From: Asterionella formosa
Taxonomy: Eukaryota
DNA length: 64,000 bases
Assembly (NCBI GenBank): GCA_002256025.1
Contig: NKIB01005371.1
Span: forward strand, 62,001 to 126,000
Direction: 5' to 3'
A model generated the notes under the pieces. The model ran no database searches and had not been told where the DNA came from. It saw only the letters and a program-made list of their open reading frames with translations. Both the position numbers and the translations under genes were made by a program. This document shows, in pieces, positions 35,416-47,015 of the stretch; the first letter of the stretch is position 1; the number at the start of each line of letters is the position of its first letter.

Positions 35416-35879
35416 GGCAAAGCCGAGTCATGTTCAGTGACTACATCTGCAAGTTTTCATTGGTCAATAACAGTCAAGGTTTCCTACATTAATAAAAGAA
35501 ATATTTTAAAATCGAAAGCTGGCCTACCTCATAGACATAAATCAAATCATTGGGCGTGACTTGAAGCTGGAAAGGTACGCATAAAACATGCGTTACCAGT
35601 GGGACTTCACAACCTCCACAACTGACTGAATTCTTTAACAATAGCGAACTATAAATTTACTTAATAATTTTATTATGTGATGTCATACCGTTTAATTATG
35701 TAGTATGAAGCCAAATTCGTCATGTTGGGCCACCCAAATAATTAATTTGGTTGTCATATTTGACTAGCAGTTTTTGTGTCGGCTGTACCAGTAATTGGCG
35801 TTGTACATGCATTTGTCTGAGGACCTGTCAGTAAATGAGGTTTGCTAAACTCAAATCTGCAAGAAGCAACCACAACACT

Positions 35880-36880
35880 GAAGACATGAAGACAATGACG
35901 AGATAATAACTAAGGAAATTGAAGAAAAACCCTTTTCCATCAAAAAACTGTTTCTTTTGGGTGGTCACGATGCCGCAATGGGACTGGGTGATGCATACTA
36001 GCTACATTGTTTGTTCTGCAATCAACATCATACCAATTAGCTACGTTTGGATATTCTTGGTATCTGTAAGGTAGTAGCCTCCTCGGTGTTGTAGAGGAAC
36101 TGGGAAAGGCTCAACTTCCTACAACAGCTCTTACAATAAACGAGGAGGCATGGCTGTCAGGAAAAAATATATCAGACACACAATATGCATGGTGAACAAC
36201 GTTATTGGGCTGCCTGGCTGACAAAGGACGTGTTTTACAGTGACTGAACAGTCTAACTGGCATGGATCTCTTCTCTTTACTCAATATGCCATGAATCAGC
36301 ACCATTAGGTTCAATATGGACTGGCAGCATCAATCAAACAGGAATAAGTAAAAGTCCATAACTGGACATGCATTTTGTATTGGTGGCTACACGAAAAAAA
36401 TTGTGGACTTTTAAGAATAATCTGAAGCCCGGTGTAATATTTTGCAGGATACAGTAGCCTTCAATAACGAGTGGTTGGGGCTCTTATTGGGAAACACACA
36501 CAAGGAGCAACACAATACACAAAGGATTTATACAAGCAAAATGTTTAATGGAGATGGAAATGATAGCACTCCAAGAATGATTCTGAAGGCAAAAGAAAAA
36601 GCGACGAAGAAGTGATATTGCAGCAGTCTGCAAGCAAAGCGCAATTAAAACAGACGCGAAAACGAAACAAAAAAATGAACGTCCCACAATTTCAAACAGT
36701 CAAACAAGAAAGATAAGTAAATAGTTCAGGTAAGACTTACAGCTCTGGTATTTTGCTACTAGCTAAGGGAAATAAATCATGAGACAAGGAGGAAAGTAAA
36801 TTGATAAAGTGTTACTGCAGCCATTGTGGCCGAAATGATCATCGATGGAAAAGCAATGCACTCTGTCCCCATTCTTTGAA
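35880..36880 (+). mobile_element. Internally deleted Kolobok/Mutator-like DDE transposase relic
   Basis: From 36301: TIRFNMDWQHQSNRNK*KSITGHAFCIGGYTKKIVDF, resembling SYDMGWQKR..GxxYxSxSGHAFxIG. Later come a basic helix, GKTYSSG and the CSHCGRNDH...CP knuckle. Confidence 0.55.
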
Positions 36881-37334
36881 TGATGCAAGCAAAGTGTATT
36901 CTAATCATGGTGGTGATATGCATATGATCAATGAGGATCAATTAGTGGATATGATGGTTCTGGGTAACATCCAAGAAATTGTTATATGTGCATCCAGTGC
37001 GTGTTGCCGGCATGGGTTTGCAAGACGACCTTGCAAACTGGGCCAATCAAATGGAGGTAAGTAATTCACTGCAACCAATTAGATCATGATTATTGACATG
37101 GGCAGTTACAAATGATTTTTGACAGGAAAATTCACGAGTGAAAATATTATCACAACACTACTATTCTGATGATTATGTTTCGATTCTAATTCTTATATTT
37201 TGGAGACTGTTGAAAAGACTGATTTTATCGAATTTCAGGTGATGATTACAAATTATCAATCAAATCTTATAGTACATTAAAGCTATCCAATAATCGCACT
37301 TCTGCCCAAATAAAGGAATAAATGGACACAATTA

Positions 37335-37495
37335 GTACCGGGTTTATTTGTCCGTACGGTACAACAACAACGGGACCTGTCTTTTTGTCAGCCTTACCCC
37401 CCGGAACCCTAGGGAATACATGAAAAAGACAGGTGGAGAATGCAGGAATCAAACCTGCCACCACAGTAGGTGTGCTAACCACTAAGCCATTCCCC
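37335..37495 (-). mobile_element. tRNA-headed SINE-like element with a related head and a different body
   Basis: Minus strand GGGAATGGCTTAGTGGTTAGCAC...GCAGGTTTGATTCCTGC gives a clear A box and T-arm/B box, with the same 5' end as the other two copies. Confidence 0.65.
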
Positions 37496-37499
37496 TCCT

Positions 37500-37751
37500 T
37501 TTGGGTTCCATATTTCTATTAGGCCATTTTCTCCTCTGGCGATGGAAAAGAGATTGATCTTGGACGATGATGGATTCCAAGATAATTCAGCTATTTTTGA
37601 AGGCATATAATCAACAAAATCTGCATTTATGGACAAATGCATGCGGTGCATTCTTGGCAGATGATTTCTCAATATTAAAATTGTAGCGCTGTCATTTGAA
37701 ATTGTCACACTGCCTTTGGAATCCACCACTAACTTATCCATTCCTCGTGGG
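37500..37751 (-). pseudogene. Chimera of a CCT chaperonin fragment and a UTP4/cirhin N-terminal fragment
   Basis: PRGMDKLVVDSKGSVTISNDSATIL (CCT GPRGMDK..TISNDGATIL), then VHKCRF/VDYMPSKI...IARGENGLIEIWNP (Utp4 VHRCRFVD...NGNIEIWNP) with a 1-nt frameshift. Confidence 0.7.
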
Positions 37752-38214
37752 CTGAAAATTATAGGGTCCACACAAACACAAATTTTTTAACAGTTAGAAA
37801 TAACAGTGCATTATATAAAATTATGTTAATTCATGTATGACTACATAAAATTTGCCGGAATATTTCAAGAATTGCTTGCTCATACCCGAAATGGCCTGCT
37901 CTCAGCAAAAAAGGTATGCATATATGTTTCCTACCAGTACATAAACTCATCAATCAACCTTAAGGTATTTATGTGTTCACCAATGGTTGTCCATTTATAT
38001 TGCAATCCTGTCTACATCGTCATCTGATAAAAGGATGAAGGGAGGTCAGAGATGGCATCCTTTCCTCTCCAAGAATTCTCGAATGACAACGACAACATAC
38101 GACCAAGCAACCGATCTTCTTGTCTTGTTAACAGCTGCAAGCGATCCTAAGAAGCAAGATGCTACAATTCGAGCTCAACTCTTTTTTGACCACCACATGA
38201 AAGATTTTGATTAT

Positions 38215-38272
38215 ATTGTTCCCAACACCATCAGTTATAACATCTTAGTCGAGGCATATGCGAAAAATGGAG
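38215..38272 (+). pseudogene. Isolated pentatricopeptide-repeat fragment
   Basis: IVPNTISYNILVEAYAKNG matches the PPR consensus start. No further repeats follow. Confidence 0.55.
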
Positions 38273-38863
38273 GTGACAAAACTCTTGACTCAAATTTCAA
38301 TCTTGTCGAAGAAGCTCACAGAAGCTCACAATGCTGAGGGAGTTTTGCTGGATTCTACTTTTCAGTGGTGGAATATCGTCTTTGTCATGTTTCGGGGTGT
38401 GTGGGGCTATGGCGATGATGCAGATCTTTAAAGTAGAATGCAGAACTTAACAAGTCGAGAAATATGCATTTGTTTTCTGATGATTTAAAATTTCCCTCAG
38501 AAAAAAACTCAAACAGCAAGCCGCAAATGTGCTGCTGCTATCAAATACTCACTAAGAAAAGTGTTGCCAACAATTTACGCATCATACGTACATCCAAATA
38601 TGATGTACATAACCTTTGTGGGAAACCCGGGCATGACATAATAATGATGAGGTTGAATCGCTCTGCTGTTCGTAAACTGGTACCAGGTCCCCGGTACCTA
38701 AAATGTGGTCACAAAATACCTGAGATAGTGGTTCTTTTTCATAAATACAGTTTGGAAACTAAATTCTGATCATCTTCTTGCCTCCGGCACACTGACGTTA
38801 TTGACTCCAGATCCCGCCGTAAATCCTAGATGGCTAGAATCTGAATCTCTCTCATTGTCCAAG

Positions 38864-40228
38864 ATGATGTTTCAAGACGCCCCAACCTCTGAGATTGAAG
38901 CTATGCTCTCCAAGCTTTCCAAAATGAAAAGCAACGATCTCCCCAATCCAAAGACTGACAGAACGCCTGCTAAGAACATTTCTCCGCCCTCTCCATTTGC
39001 GGATGTTGGCTTGCAAAATATTGCATCTTCCGCGTCAGGCGCGCGCATATTATTCGCCACCGACGAATGGTTTGCTGCCGCCGACAATCTTTTGGAGGAG
39101 GGACCACCAATTTTCGATCCTGCTTTGTTCTGCAATGAAGGGAAGGTCATGGATGGGTGGGAGACTCGCAGAAGACGAGAAGTCGGTCATGATTGGTGTT
39201 TGATCTCACTCAGTGCCAGAGCTTATATTTTTGGCGTTGAGATCGATACCGCTCATTTTACAGGTAACAACGTTCCCTCGATATCTATTGAAGCTGCAGA
39301 TCTTTCTCCGTCGCATGTGACCAACATGGCGACTGGCCTTCCTGGGTCGATGGAGCGTCTTCTTTACGGAGGACAACAAGGAGTTGGTTTTAATCCAGAA
39401 GAAGTGCGTGAAGCCGAATTGGCTTGTCGTTCAGGGATGGATTGGACCGAGCTCTTGGGCGTGACGCCATTGTTTCCAGGCTATGAAGAGAGTCGCATGC
39501 ACTATTTCACCACGTCTGGAAACGTGGGAACTCACTTGAGAATCAATTACTTTCCTGACGGAGGTGTAGCTCGAATTCGAATCTGGGGACAAGAAGCTCC
39601 TCCAGCTGGTCGTTCCAAGAAACCTATCTATTTACCCATTACAACTGGAAAACTTTGCACAGTAGTTCCTCATTCTACAACATGTCAGCCACCTTCCCAG
39701 CAAATCTACAAGTACCCCGAAATTTCATGCGAGACGTTAGGGGGCGAAGGCGTTGGATGTTCAAACAAGCATTATGGAGAACCATGGAAGCTCATTCAAT
39801 CTACAATGGGCAAAGACATGGGCGATGGATGGGAAACTGCTAGACACCCATCGCGTCCGCCCATCTTGTTCAAGGATGCAGCGACTGGATTGGTAGACTC
39901 TCCATTGACAGATTGGGCAATTTTGAAGCTCGGTAAGGTTGCTGTAGATGGTGTGGCACGTATCATTCTCGATACTAAGCACTTCCGTGGCAATTATCCC
40001 GAGTCTGTCCACATCGAGGGCGTTTTTATTGACGAAGGCACAGGTGACGTGATGTCACCACAATTGAGCTGGTTTGCATTGGTTCCGCGCACACGGATGG
40101 CTCCTGATTCAGAACACATCTTTGAACGAGACTTAGCTCAACTGGAGAACCACAGTGAATCGGTCAGCCATGTCAGAGTTAGTATTTACCCAGATGGGGG
40201 ACTCAGCCGCGTCCGAGTATACGGATAG
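38864..40228 (+). CDS. ALLC: Allantoicase
   Basis: ATDEWFAAADNL, MDGWETRRRR..GHDW, IDTAHFTGN, PDGGVARIR, MGDGWETAR, DTKHFRGNYP and YPDGGLSRVRVYG (two allantoicase repeats). Confidence 0.95.
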   Translation: MMFQDAPTSEIEAMLSKLSKMKSNDLPNPKTDRTPAKNISPPSPFADVGLQNIASSASGARILFATDEWFAAADNLLEEGPPIFDPALFCNEGKVMDGWETRRRREVGHDWCLISLSARAYIFGVEIDTAHFTGNNVPSISIEAADLSPSHVTNMATGLPGSMERLLYGGQQGVGFNPEEVREAELACRSGMDWTELLGVTPLFPGYEESRMHYFTTSGNVGTHLRINYFPDGGVARIRIWGQEAPPAGRSKKPIYLPITTGKLCTVVPHSTTCQPPSQQIYKYPEISCETLGGEGVGCSNKHYGEPWKLIQSTMGKDMGDGWETARHPSRPPILFKDAATGLVDSPLTDWAILKLGKVAVDGVARIILDTKHFRGNYPESVHIEGVFIDEGTGDVMSPQLSWFALVPRTRMAPDSEHIFERDLAQLENHSESVSHVRVSIYPDGGLSRVRVYG

Positions 40229-40913
40229 CTAGCAGGTGACGACGATTTTGCAATTTAGTAGCATTCCCATGTATCAATGGAGTCAAGAGAAATTTGCAAC
40301 TCACGATAGTCTTTCTGGTTCGCTTTGCCGTGGCAAACCACCACTTGCAATTCGTTACTCGTAAATAAATGATCCTAAAAATATGTGGCCTGTGAGCTAA
40401 ATGAAATAGCCGTTGCGAGCAATGTATTCTTAAGGATTTTTATGACAGGCGTATCTGGTTCCTTGTATTACCTCACAGTCATTGTTTGATTTCTGTTAAT
40501 CCAAATCTGTTCACATAATACGGCGGCCTTACATCCGACGAATTTGATCACAATAGGGTGACTTGGGAAATATGTGCACTTATTTGATGATATTGTTCAT
40601 GAGGGCTAGTCATTCATGCCGTGCCAGTGAACCTCGGGGAGGTCGTGAAGGATTTCATTTGAGTGTGTCACAATTGAAGGTGCTAGAATGGCATATACGA
40701 CGAAAAAATGAGTAACAGCGATTCGATGCAGTGGCAATGCAGCCGGCAATGTTTTTAACGATGCTGCTCCATCCAATCCCTCCTTTGGCAAGCAGGCATT
40801 GGTATGATTTCTTTCGTTTCTAAAAAGGAAGTCAGCATTGAATGGATTCCTTGATGAGAAGCACCATAACTTGAGAATCTTCTTTGGTGCTTCTACCATT
40901 CTGGCGACTTTTT

Positions 40914-42971
40914 TTACATTATATTCCCTTCCAAGTCGTCATCAAACTTCTGCGGGATTATTTCTTTCAATGGTTCGTATCTTGGTTCAGGATTAAGGGC
41001 CCAAAAAAACTCGAGAGGCTCAAAAAAATCTCTTGCTGCTACGACACCGAAGTATGTAGTCTCATTTTGACCACCCGCATGGAAAGTGTCGACATCTTCG
41101 AGAATTATTCTCACTCGCATTTCCCCTTTATGGGAGACCGGTATTGATAAAAAATAGTCGTCGTGAATAGTTGGATTCGACATCCAGTGAGAAAGTATAG
41201 TGACCCGTGACACATCATTTTGTGCCTCAAAATGCCGACTAGACTTCCGTACAATCTTCGCCTTGATTGGTACTTCGAGTTGCAAGGTTCCGTCTTCTCC
41301 GGTCCCTTCGATGATCAAGTCAGCGATGCCGTCGTGGCTCCAAACAGTCCTTTTGAAACTTTCCACTCGAATTTCGGTTGGTATAGTATTGTCACACTGA
41401 CCGTTTTCATCTGCCGCCTGCAATAGCCTGTGGCCTTTATACCAACTCTCTCGAATTGGATGAGTCACAAGGCCGTTTGAACCTGTACAAACATGGCGAG
41501 GAATTTTCAAATCTTGGACAGTCTGCGTTGTGTGATTCCAACTGAAACCATGCTTCTTCGCGTATGCCCAACGACACATTCTGCAGGTTGAATGGGTCTG
41601 AGTAAAGCCATATTTTTTACGAAAGGTGAGTGGAAGTGGTTCGGATCGCCATGCGTGGTAACTCTCATATAGAGTCCTGTTTTCAGCAACTTCCCGCAGG
41701 TACTCTCCTAACTTCGTTGTGTCATTAAAATCATGCCATGAAATTATCGAATTGGGTGGGGCATGGTCTTTGACGTTCGGAGCTCCATAGTAAACAGGGA
41801 GTGTGCCGCTTTCCAACGTCCCCCATAATTTCTCAGTGATATAGTCGTCTTCGCACGTGTTCTCGAATGCCAGATGAAAGAGATACTCTCTCTGAACGGC
41901 AATTTTATCTTGTAAAGACATGTTGTGAGGTGGATTTGCATTTCGTAGGCAATCCGAAAGAGAATCTACCCTCATTATCGCAGTTAAATTGGTCACCACC
42001 TTCTCCCTGTTGTTATTTGACCCACAGTTTCGAGCAATGAACGATGCCCCTTTCACGACTTTATCATAGTTTACAGCAGGTCGATTCATATTGTATTCTG
42101 CATCAGAATAGTACGGCAAAGGTATTTCACTGTTGAACGAGGTAGTTGCATAATATAAGTCGAACTTGTGTGCCTGTGGTTTGATGGCTAGATTACTATA
42201 ATATCCGGAACTTTCCATCGACGAAAGGAATTTCCACCTTGTACCTTCAATAGTTTTCACCATCGTAATCAATTCTTTTTTTGCTTCTTTGCATGGAATA
42301 TCGCAACCTAGAAATGGGGTCAGTATAGGGTCCTGTGTAAGAGTTGGCCCACGAATGACAATTGGAGGTTGGTCTTTCCCATTCACGGTCGGTTCGTTTA
42401 GAAACAATCGAGGTCGCTCTTCGCACTTTTCCTGCAACTGTAAAAAAGAACGCTTTGGAATTATTTTCCCACAGAGCACCCGATCATGATCTATCCCATT
42501 ATGAACAATCAGCTTAGCTTCGTCATCAAGGCAATAAACTTCATCTACCAATCGCACGTTTCCTTTGTCGTTTCGACGATACCATTTGCAGGCTTTCACT
42601 TGCATGGTTCCATACAGATCTTTGATTTTATCTTCAACGGATCTCAGTTTTGTATTTGCAGGCAGATCTGCATCGGCTCGCTCCTCCAAATGATAAATTG
42701 TCACGCTATTATTGTTTCCAGTCACTGAGTTTCCCCCCACCCTTAGTGGCCGTTTGTACTTGTTGATTAAGCCTTGCCGGATTTCAGCTGAGGTCTTTGG
42801 TTTATTTTTCGTGTTTACTTCCCTAACTGACATTATCAGTCGTTGAAAAAGCAAACCAACGCCAAAAGCCCCAAGATAAAAGAAGATAGTGATGCACCAA
42901 CTGATCGGTATTGGACGCCGCAGCGTCCAGTTTTCTCTCGTTGGAAGTCGCTGTCTCGATATTCTCACCAT
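40914..42971 (-). CDS. Glycosyltransferase family 10 alpha-1,3-fucosyltransferase, paralogue B
   Basis: Type II TM anchor, SMES motif and an intact alpha3 motif YLFHLAFENTCEDDYITEKLWGTLESGTLPVYYG. Confidence 0.9.
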   Translation of the reverse strand: MVRISRQRLPTRENWTLRRPIPISWCITIFFYLGAFGVGLLFQRLIMSVREVNTKNKPKTSAEIRQGLINKYKRPLRVGGNSVTGNNNSVTIYHLEERADADLPANTKLRSVEDKIKDLYGTMQVKACKWYRRNDKGNVRLVDEVYCLDDEAKLIVHNGIDHDRVLCGKIIPKRSFLQLQEKCEERPRLFLNEPTVNGKDQPPIVIRGPTLTQDPILTPFLGCDIPCKEAKKELITMVKTIEGTRWKFLSSMESSGYYSNLAIKPQAHKFDLYYATTSFNSEIPLPYYSDAEYNMNRPAVNYDKVVKGASFIARNCGSNNNREKVVTNLTAIMRVDSLSDCLRNANPPHNMSLQDKIAVQREYLFHLAFENTCEDDYITEKLWGTLESGTLPVYYGAPNVKDHAPPNSIISWHDFNDTTKLGEYLREVAENRTLYESYHAWRSEPLPLTFRKKYGFTQTHSTCRMCRWAYAKKHGFSWNHTTQTVQDLKIPRHVCTGSNGLVTHPIRESWYKGHRLLQAADENGQCDNTIPTEIRVESFKRTVWSHDGIADLIIEGTGEDGTLQLEVPIKAKIVRKSSRHFEAQNDVSRVTILSHWMSNPTIHDDYFLSIPVSHKGEMRVRIILEDVDTFHAGGQNETTYFGVVAARDFFEPLEFFWALNPEPRYEPLKEIIPQKFDDDLEGNIM

Positions 42972-44171
42972 TTTGATTACTTGAAAATTCTTGGTAATGT
43001 TGGTAGTGGCTAATCGATAGTGGAAGAGACAAGCAATAAAACGTTTGCCTCTTGTTGTTAAAGTAGGACAAACAACGAAGCAAGAAAACCTCCCAATCCT
43101 TGTGGAGCTTATGATAAACTATTATACATGCCGGTATGCATAATTGCTGTGCCTCACTGCACTGATGATGGATGCAAAATATATTAAATTTTGTTTGGCA
43201 TGTTCTATACACACAGTGTATATTTGCGTACCTGGTACCAATAACAAATGTAAGACATATATTTTTATATATTGTACAGCACTAGTTGGTACACATCTAA
43301 CCGACCGGGTATGTATTGAATACATAAAGCAAATGGAGCGAATCCTTATCATTATCCTCGATAAACATGGACGGGGGGACATACACATTACTCCTGTAGA
43401 CTTATCATTCAAATGGACATACACGCCCGTAAGAAAGAAGTACCGGTATAAATGATCTCTCGCTTGCAGTCATACTCGTGACAACCGATCTTTTATGTCC
43501 GCCTACCCTTTTATATATGCTGCACCAGGTATCACGTTTCATTTTGCGTAAAACACATGAAGGCGCAAACAGAGGTGCGGTGTGACTGAATATCACATGC
43601 CTCAAATTTCTTTGTGTCCGACAAAATACCGGTAATTGAGCAGTTTTCCTTGAGTGGTCACACCACTAAACATTGATAAAAACCGGACGACATACCGGGT
43701 ATATCGGTATTAAATGTAGGGGATTACCATATTGATAAGAACCTGTTGCTGAGGATGCATGAAGCGAAATACCTGAGGATGTCGCTTGATACGTATGTCA
43801 AGACATTTTCCGATGAACGTCGCAGAGTTACTATCGTAGTGTGCGTTCCACATGCATATATGTATCTGGTACTCCAAAAAACAGAAGCAACGATTCGAAA
43901 TGGCAGAGCGAACAAAATTCAGACACAACTTGTGCTTTGATGCACGTGTCTGTTACACAGCCTGTTGATGTTGACAGGTTTCCGACGACTTTTGGAGGAA
44001 TGTCTGAATGGAAATTGATAGTAGTCCATAGCAAATTAAGGTGCAAACAAGCGGCGTGAGAAAGCCCCTAAATTTCAACACTTTCTTGTCATAATCAAGG
44101 GATAGTATAGCTTACATTGATCTATCCAAACAGATAGTTCGCCTTTTACTACCGGTAACCTGCTTCATATC

Positions 44172-44426
44172 ATGCCAAGAACCCCTCATCGACCACAGTT
44201 CCCTAGGACTGGTCACACCAAACAGGAGAAAGCCATATCATCAGTGCAACACGAAGGATGTGAGCTTGCTCTAGCAACTCCTAGCAATGGCATTAATTCA
44301 TCGCCGCCTCCACGTACAGCAACGACTACATTAGAAGCCAATAAAGGTCTTTCGTACAGCGATGACTTTACTGTCGGCGAGTTGGAGGTTTTCAAAGATT
44401 TTGCGCATCGGCTGAATAAGATCTAA
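44172..44426 (+). CDS. Possible small protein (84 aa) of unknown function
   Basis: ATG start in ATCATG context, with palindrome motifs upstream as for real genes. No recognisable domain. Confidence 0.3.
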   Translation: MPRTPHRPQFPRTGHTKQEKAISSVQHEGCELALATPSNGINSSPPPRTATTTLEANKGLSYSDDFTVGELEVFKDFAHRLNKI

Positions 44427-44958
44427 GATGAAATTCCCAAGTCGATCTGTCGTACTTGACCAAACCTCGCCAATAGCTCCAGATCAGGGAAAATCTGAAT
44501 GTACTTGCCGAGAATTTTCTGTGCATGATGTTTTTCGTTGATGAGCCGGCAAGAAGCAACGAGTAGTATACATGTTTATGGCCATACATAATAATTTGCA
44601 TCAATTGGAAATTTAGGATATATTAGACATTATACAGGCCGATCTCGTTCCTTGACAAGCTCCATAGTACTCTAACAAAACGATTTCTTAACATTTGATG
44701 AATTAATATCGAGTTCTATATTTGCGTTTCTTCGCTGGGTAATTCGGGTACTACCAGTAGCTGTAAGGTGCGATGCTCGCAGTTCCAGAGACAGGTTGCA
44801 CATGCAAGGGAACTGAATTGCTACACTGGTACCGGTTAGGAGTCAGCATGCAGAACCTCGAATTCTTTCCTCATTGTTTCAAGAGCAGCTATTTCTGACT
44901 ATATATTAAGAATTGCAAGAAGAGAAAAAAATTTAAGTCGATAAGCAACTATACTAAA

Positions 44959-46104
44959 CTAACGAGCTTTCGTCTTGCCCATACCCTTGGCGGCTCTCTT
45001 TTCAAGCTTCTTGACTCTCTTGTTGACCTTGTCATCCATAACTTGCCTCTTGGTCATGCCAGGCTTGCCCTTGGCGACTCCTGGCTTTCCAGTAAGTGAC
45101 TTGTTGGTAGTGTCGCCTCGCTTTCTCTTAATCTTCTTCTCCAGCGTCTCCTTGGTCAAGATTCGCTTCAACGCGCCTGCCGCATCCACCTCATCTCCCT
45201 TAAACCTACGTTTTTCCGTATTGTTATCTTCCTTTTGGATTCCACGACGACCCTTGTATCGCTTTCCACAAACCGTCACTCGAATATTCTTCTTCATATA
45301 TGTGCTATCGTGCATTTTTTGCAAGGCAGTCATGACTGCAGACTTTTCTGCAAACACAATATAACCAAAACCCTTGCACTGCATGGTATCCTTGTCACGA
45401 ATGATGCGCACGTTTTCAATGTCATCTTCCTCAAGTCCACACCCGTTGCAAAAGTGCTGTCTCAGGGTAGCTTCCTCTGTTGCATACGGCAAGCCACCCA
45501 CAAAGACAGATCTCGACGCATCCATGGTAGCTTGAGACTTGTCCACTCTGATTCTCAAGCCATCCACTTGCGTATTATTCAACGCCAAGGCCGCTGGCAC
45601 ACTCTCTTCACTCACAAACACCACATACCCTTGTGCGGTGGACTTGATTCCGGCATCCACCTTTTTGGTATTCGCACACACCTTTTTGACCAACGCTTGA
45701 TTTCCTGCTTGACTGGGAGGCACTTTGACACCTTCTGTGGCGATGGACCGAAGTCGTGTCGATTCCACCTTGCCACATGCCTTGAAGAGCGATGCTAGGG
45801 AGGTTCGAGTGGTCGCCAGGGGTAAGTTGCCAACGAAAATGGTACGCGACTCGGCATCATTGGTTGGCTCTATCACGCTGGCGGGGTCCGTTACCGCAGT
45901 TTCCGTGAGAGCTGTGGTATCGGTAGATGATTCGGCTCGCTTCCGCTTCTTTTTGGAGGGATCTGTATGTTCCTTACGCACCTTGCGTTTGGGAGGAAGT
46001 GGCTCGTGTTGAGGCTTCTGTGGGAGAGTTACGGATTGTTCAAAGACGCTGAGAATTTCTTCCGTCGGTTTGGAGGATCCGAAGATGGAACCGAGAAGAG
46101 ACAT
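44959..46104 (-). CDS. RBM34: Nucleolar two-RRM RNA-binding protein (RBM34/Nop12 family)
   Basis: RTIFVGNLP..GKVESTRLRS, GYVVF, SVFVGGLPY, VRIIRDKDTMQCKGFGYIVF and a lysine-rich tail. Confidence 0.88.
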   Translation of the reverse strand: MSLLGSIFGSSKPTEEILSVFEQSVTLPQKPQHEPLPPKRKVRKEHTDPSKKKRKRAESSTDTTALTETAVTDPASVIEPTNDAESRTIFVGNLPLATTRTSLASLFKACGKVESTRLRSIATEGVKVPPSQAGNQALVKKVCANTKKVDAGIKSTAQGYVVFVSEESVPAALALNNTQVDGLRIRVDKSQATMDASRSVFVGGLPYATEEATLRQHFCNGCGLEEDDIENVRIIRDKDTMQCKGFGYIVFAEKSAVMTALQKMHDSTYMKKNIRVTVCGKRYKGRRGIQKEDNNTEKRRFKGDEVDAAGALKRILTKETLEKKIKRKRGDTTNKSLTGKPGVAKGKPGMTKRQVMDDKVNKRVKKLEKRAAKGMGKTKAR

Positions 46105-46299
46105 TGGGATGATGATAGATGCTATAGAATGGGGTGAGTGATTGGATTCAATGTCGAATAGAAGTACCGATAGGATGAAATTGAAAAAACAAGCAAAATA
46201 TATCAAATAAATAGTTTTAAAAAGTCAGCGTCAATATGCGACCAGTAGCAGCTATGTCGATGAATTTTACCCATTGTACGGCCTACGAAATGAAATTAG

Positions 46300-46490
46300 C
46301 ACCAGTGGTACCTGGTAATTACGAGTGTACTGGAGGCAGTACTAACGTGGTAAGGTTATTAATGCATAAGATAGTACCTGGTAGGTTGCAATTGAGCGTT
46401 GTGTCGTTACCATACCGGTAGTATAGTACTCCCTGGTACCAGGTACCTGATATTACCGGTACCGGTGTACCCGGTATGTACCGGTAGGTG
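46300..46490. promoter_or_regulatory. Densest palindrome cluster, upstream of RBM34
   Basis: CTGGTACCAGGTACCTGATATTACCGGTACCGGTGTACCCGGTATGTACCGGTA, plus GTACCTGGTA twice. Confidence 0.55.
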
Positions 46491-46850
46491 CGGATTGACA
46501 TCAAAAGGCAGTACATATCAGGTATGTACTGTAAATTTTTTCATCATAAATCTCTTCTACATATGTAGGAGCAAACTCAAAAATGGCTGGTTCCGAGGAC
46601 GAGAGCAACAAGTGATCTATCTTGCTCGCTCGCTGGCCAAGTTGTTGTCATTTACCTTTCTCTGGTTGTTGGTTGGCCGGTTGCTGTGCTGCGGACGGCG
46701 GGCGGCGGGCGGCGGGAGTAATAGGTAAATACCTACGATAGCTATGTACGGCATTCCGATCTGGTGGAATTCTACAGGTTGTACTGTAGATGCTGGTACG
46801 TCGTTCCCTGGTACCAGGTACCAGAGGAGTCCCATGTATCAGGTACCTGG

Positions 46851-47015
46851 TGAGCGATCCTGCACATCGATTCAGATGTATATAGGGTTAAGGTTATATC
46901 AAATATATCAGAACTCGACTAACACCTATTGTATACTTTGATGTCAACTTGGGATACATAAGATTAATTAGCTCATATATTCAACAAATACTACTACTTC
47001 TAGTTAGATACTTCA
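46851..47015 (+). repeat. 5' LTR (165 bp)
   Basis: TGAGCGATCC...GATACTTCA, near-identical to 51833-52009. Confidence 0.95.

Noticed and set aside
46300..46490. CCWGG/GGTACC clusters as bacterial Dcm or restriction sites, cloning linkers or contamination
   Set aside because: The context is intron-containing eukaryotic DNA, the clusters track gene starts, and one copy was split by a natural LTR insertion.
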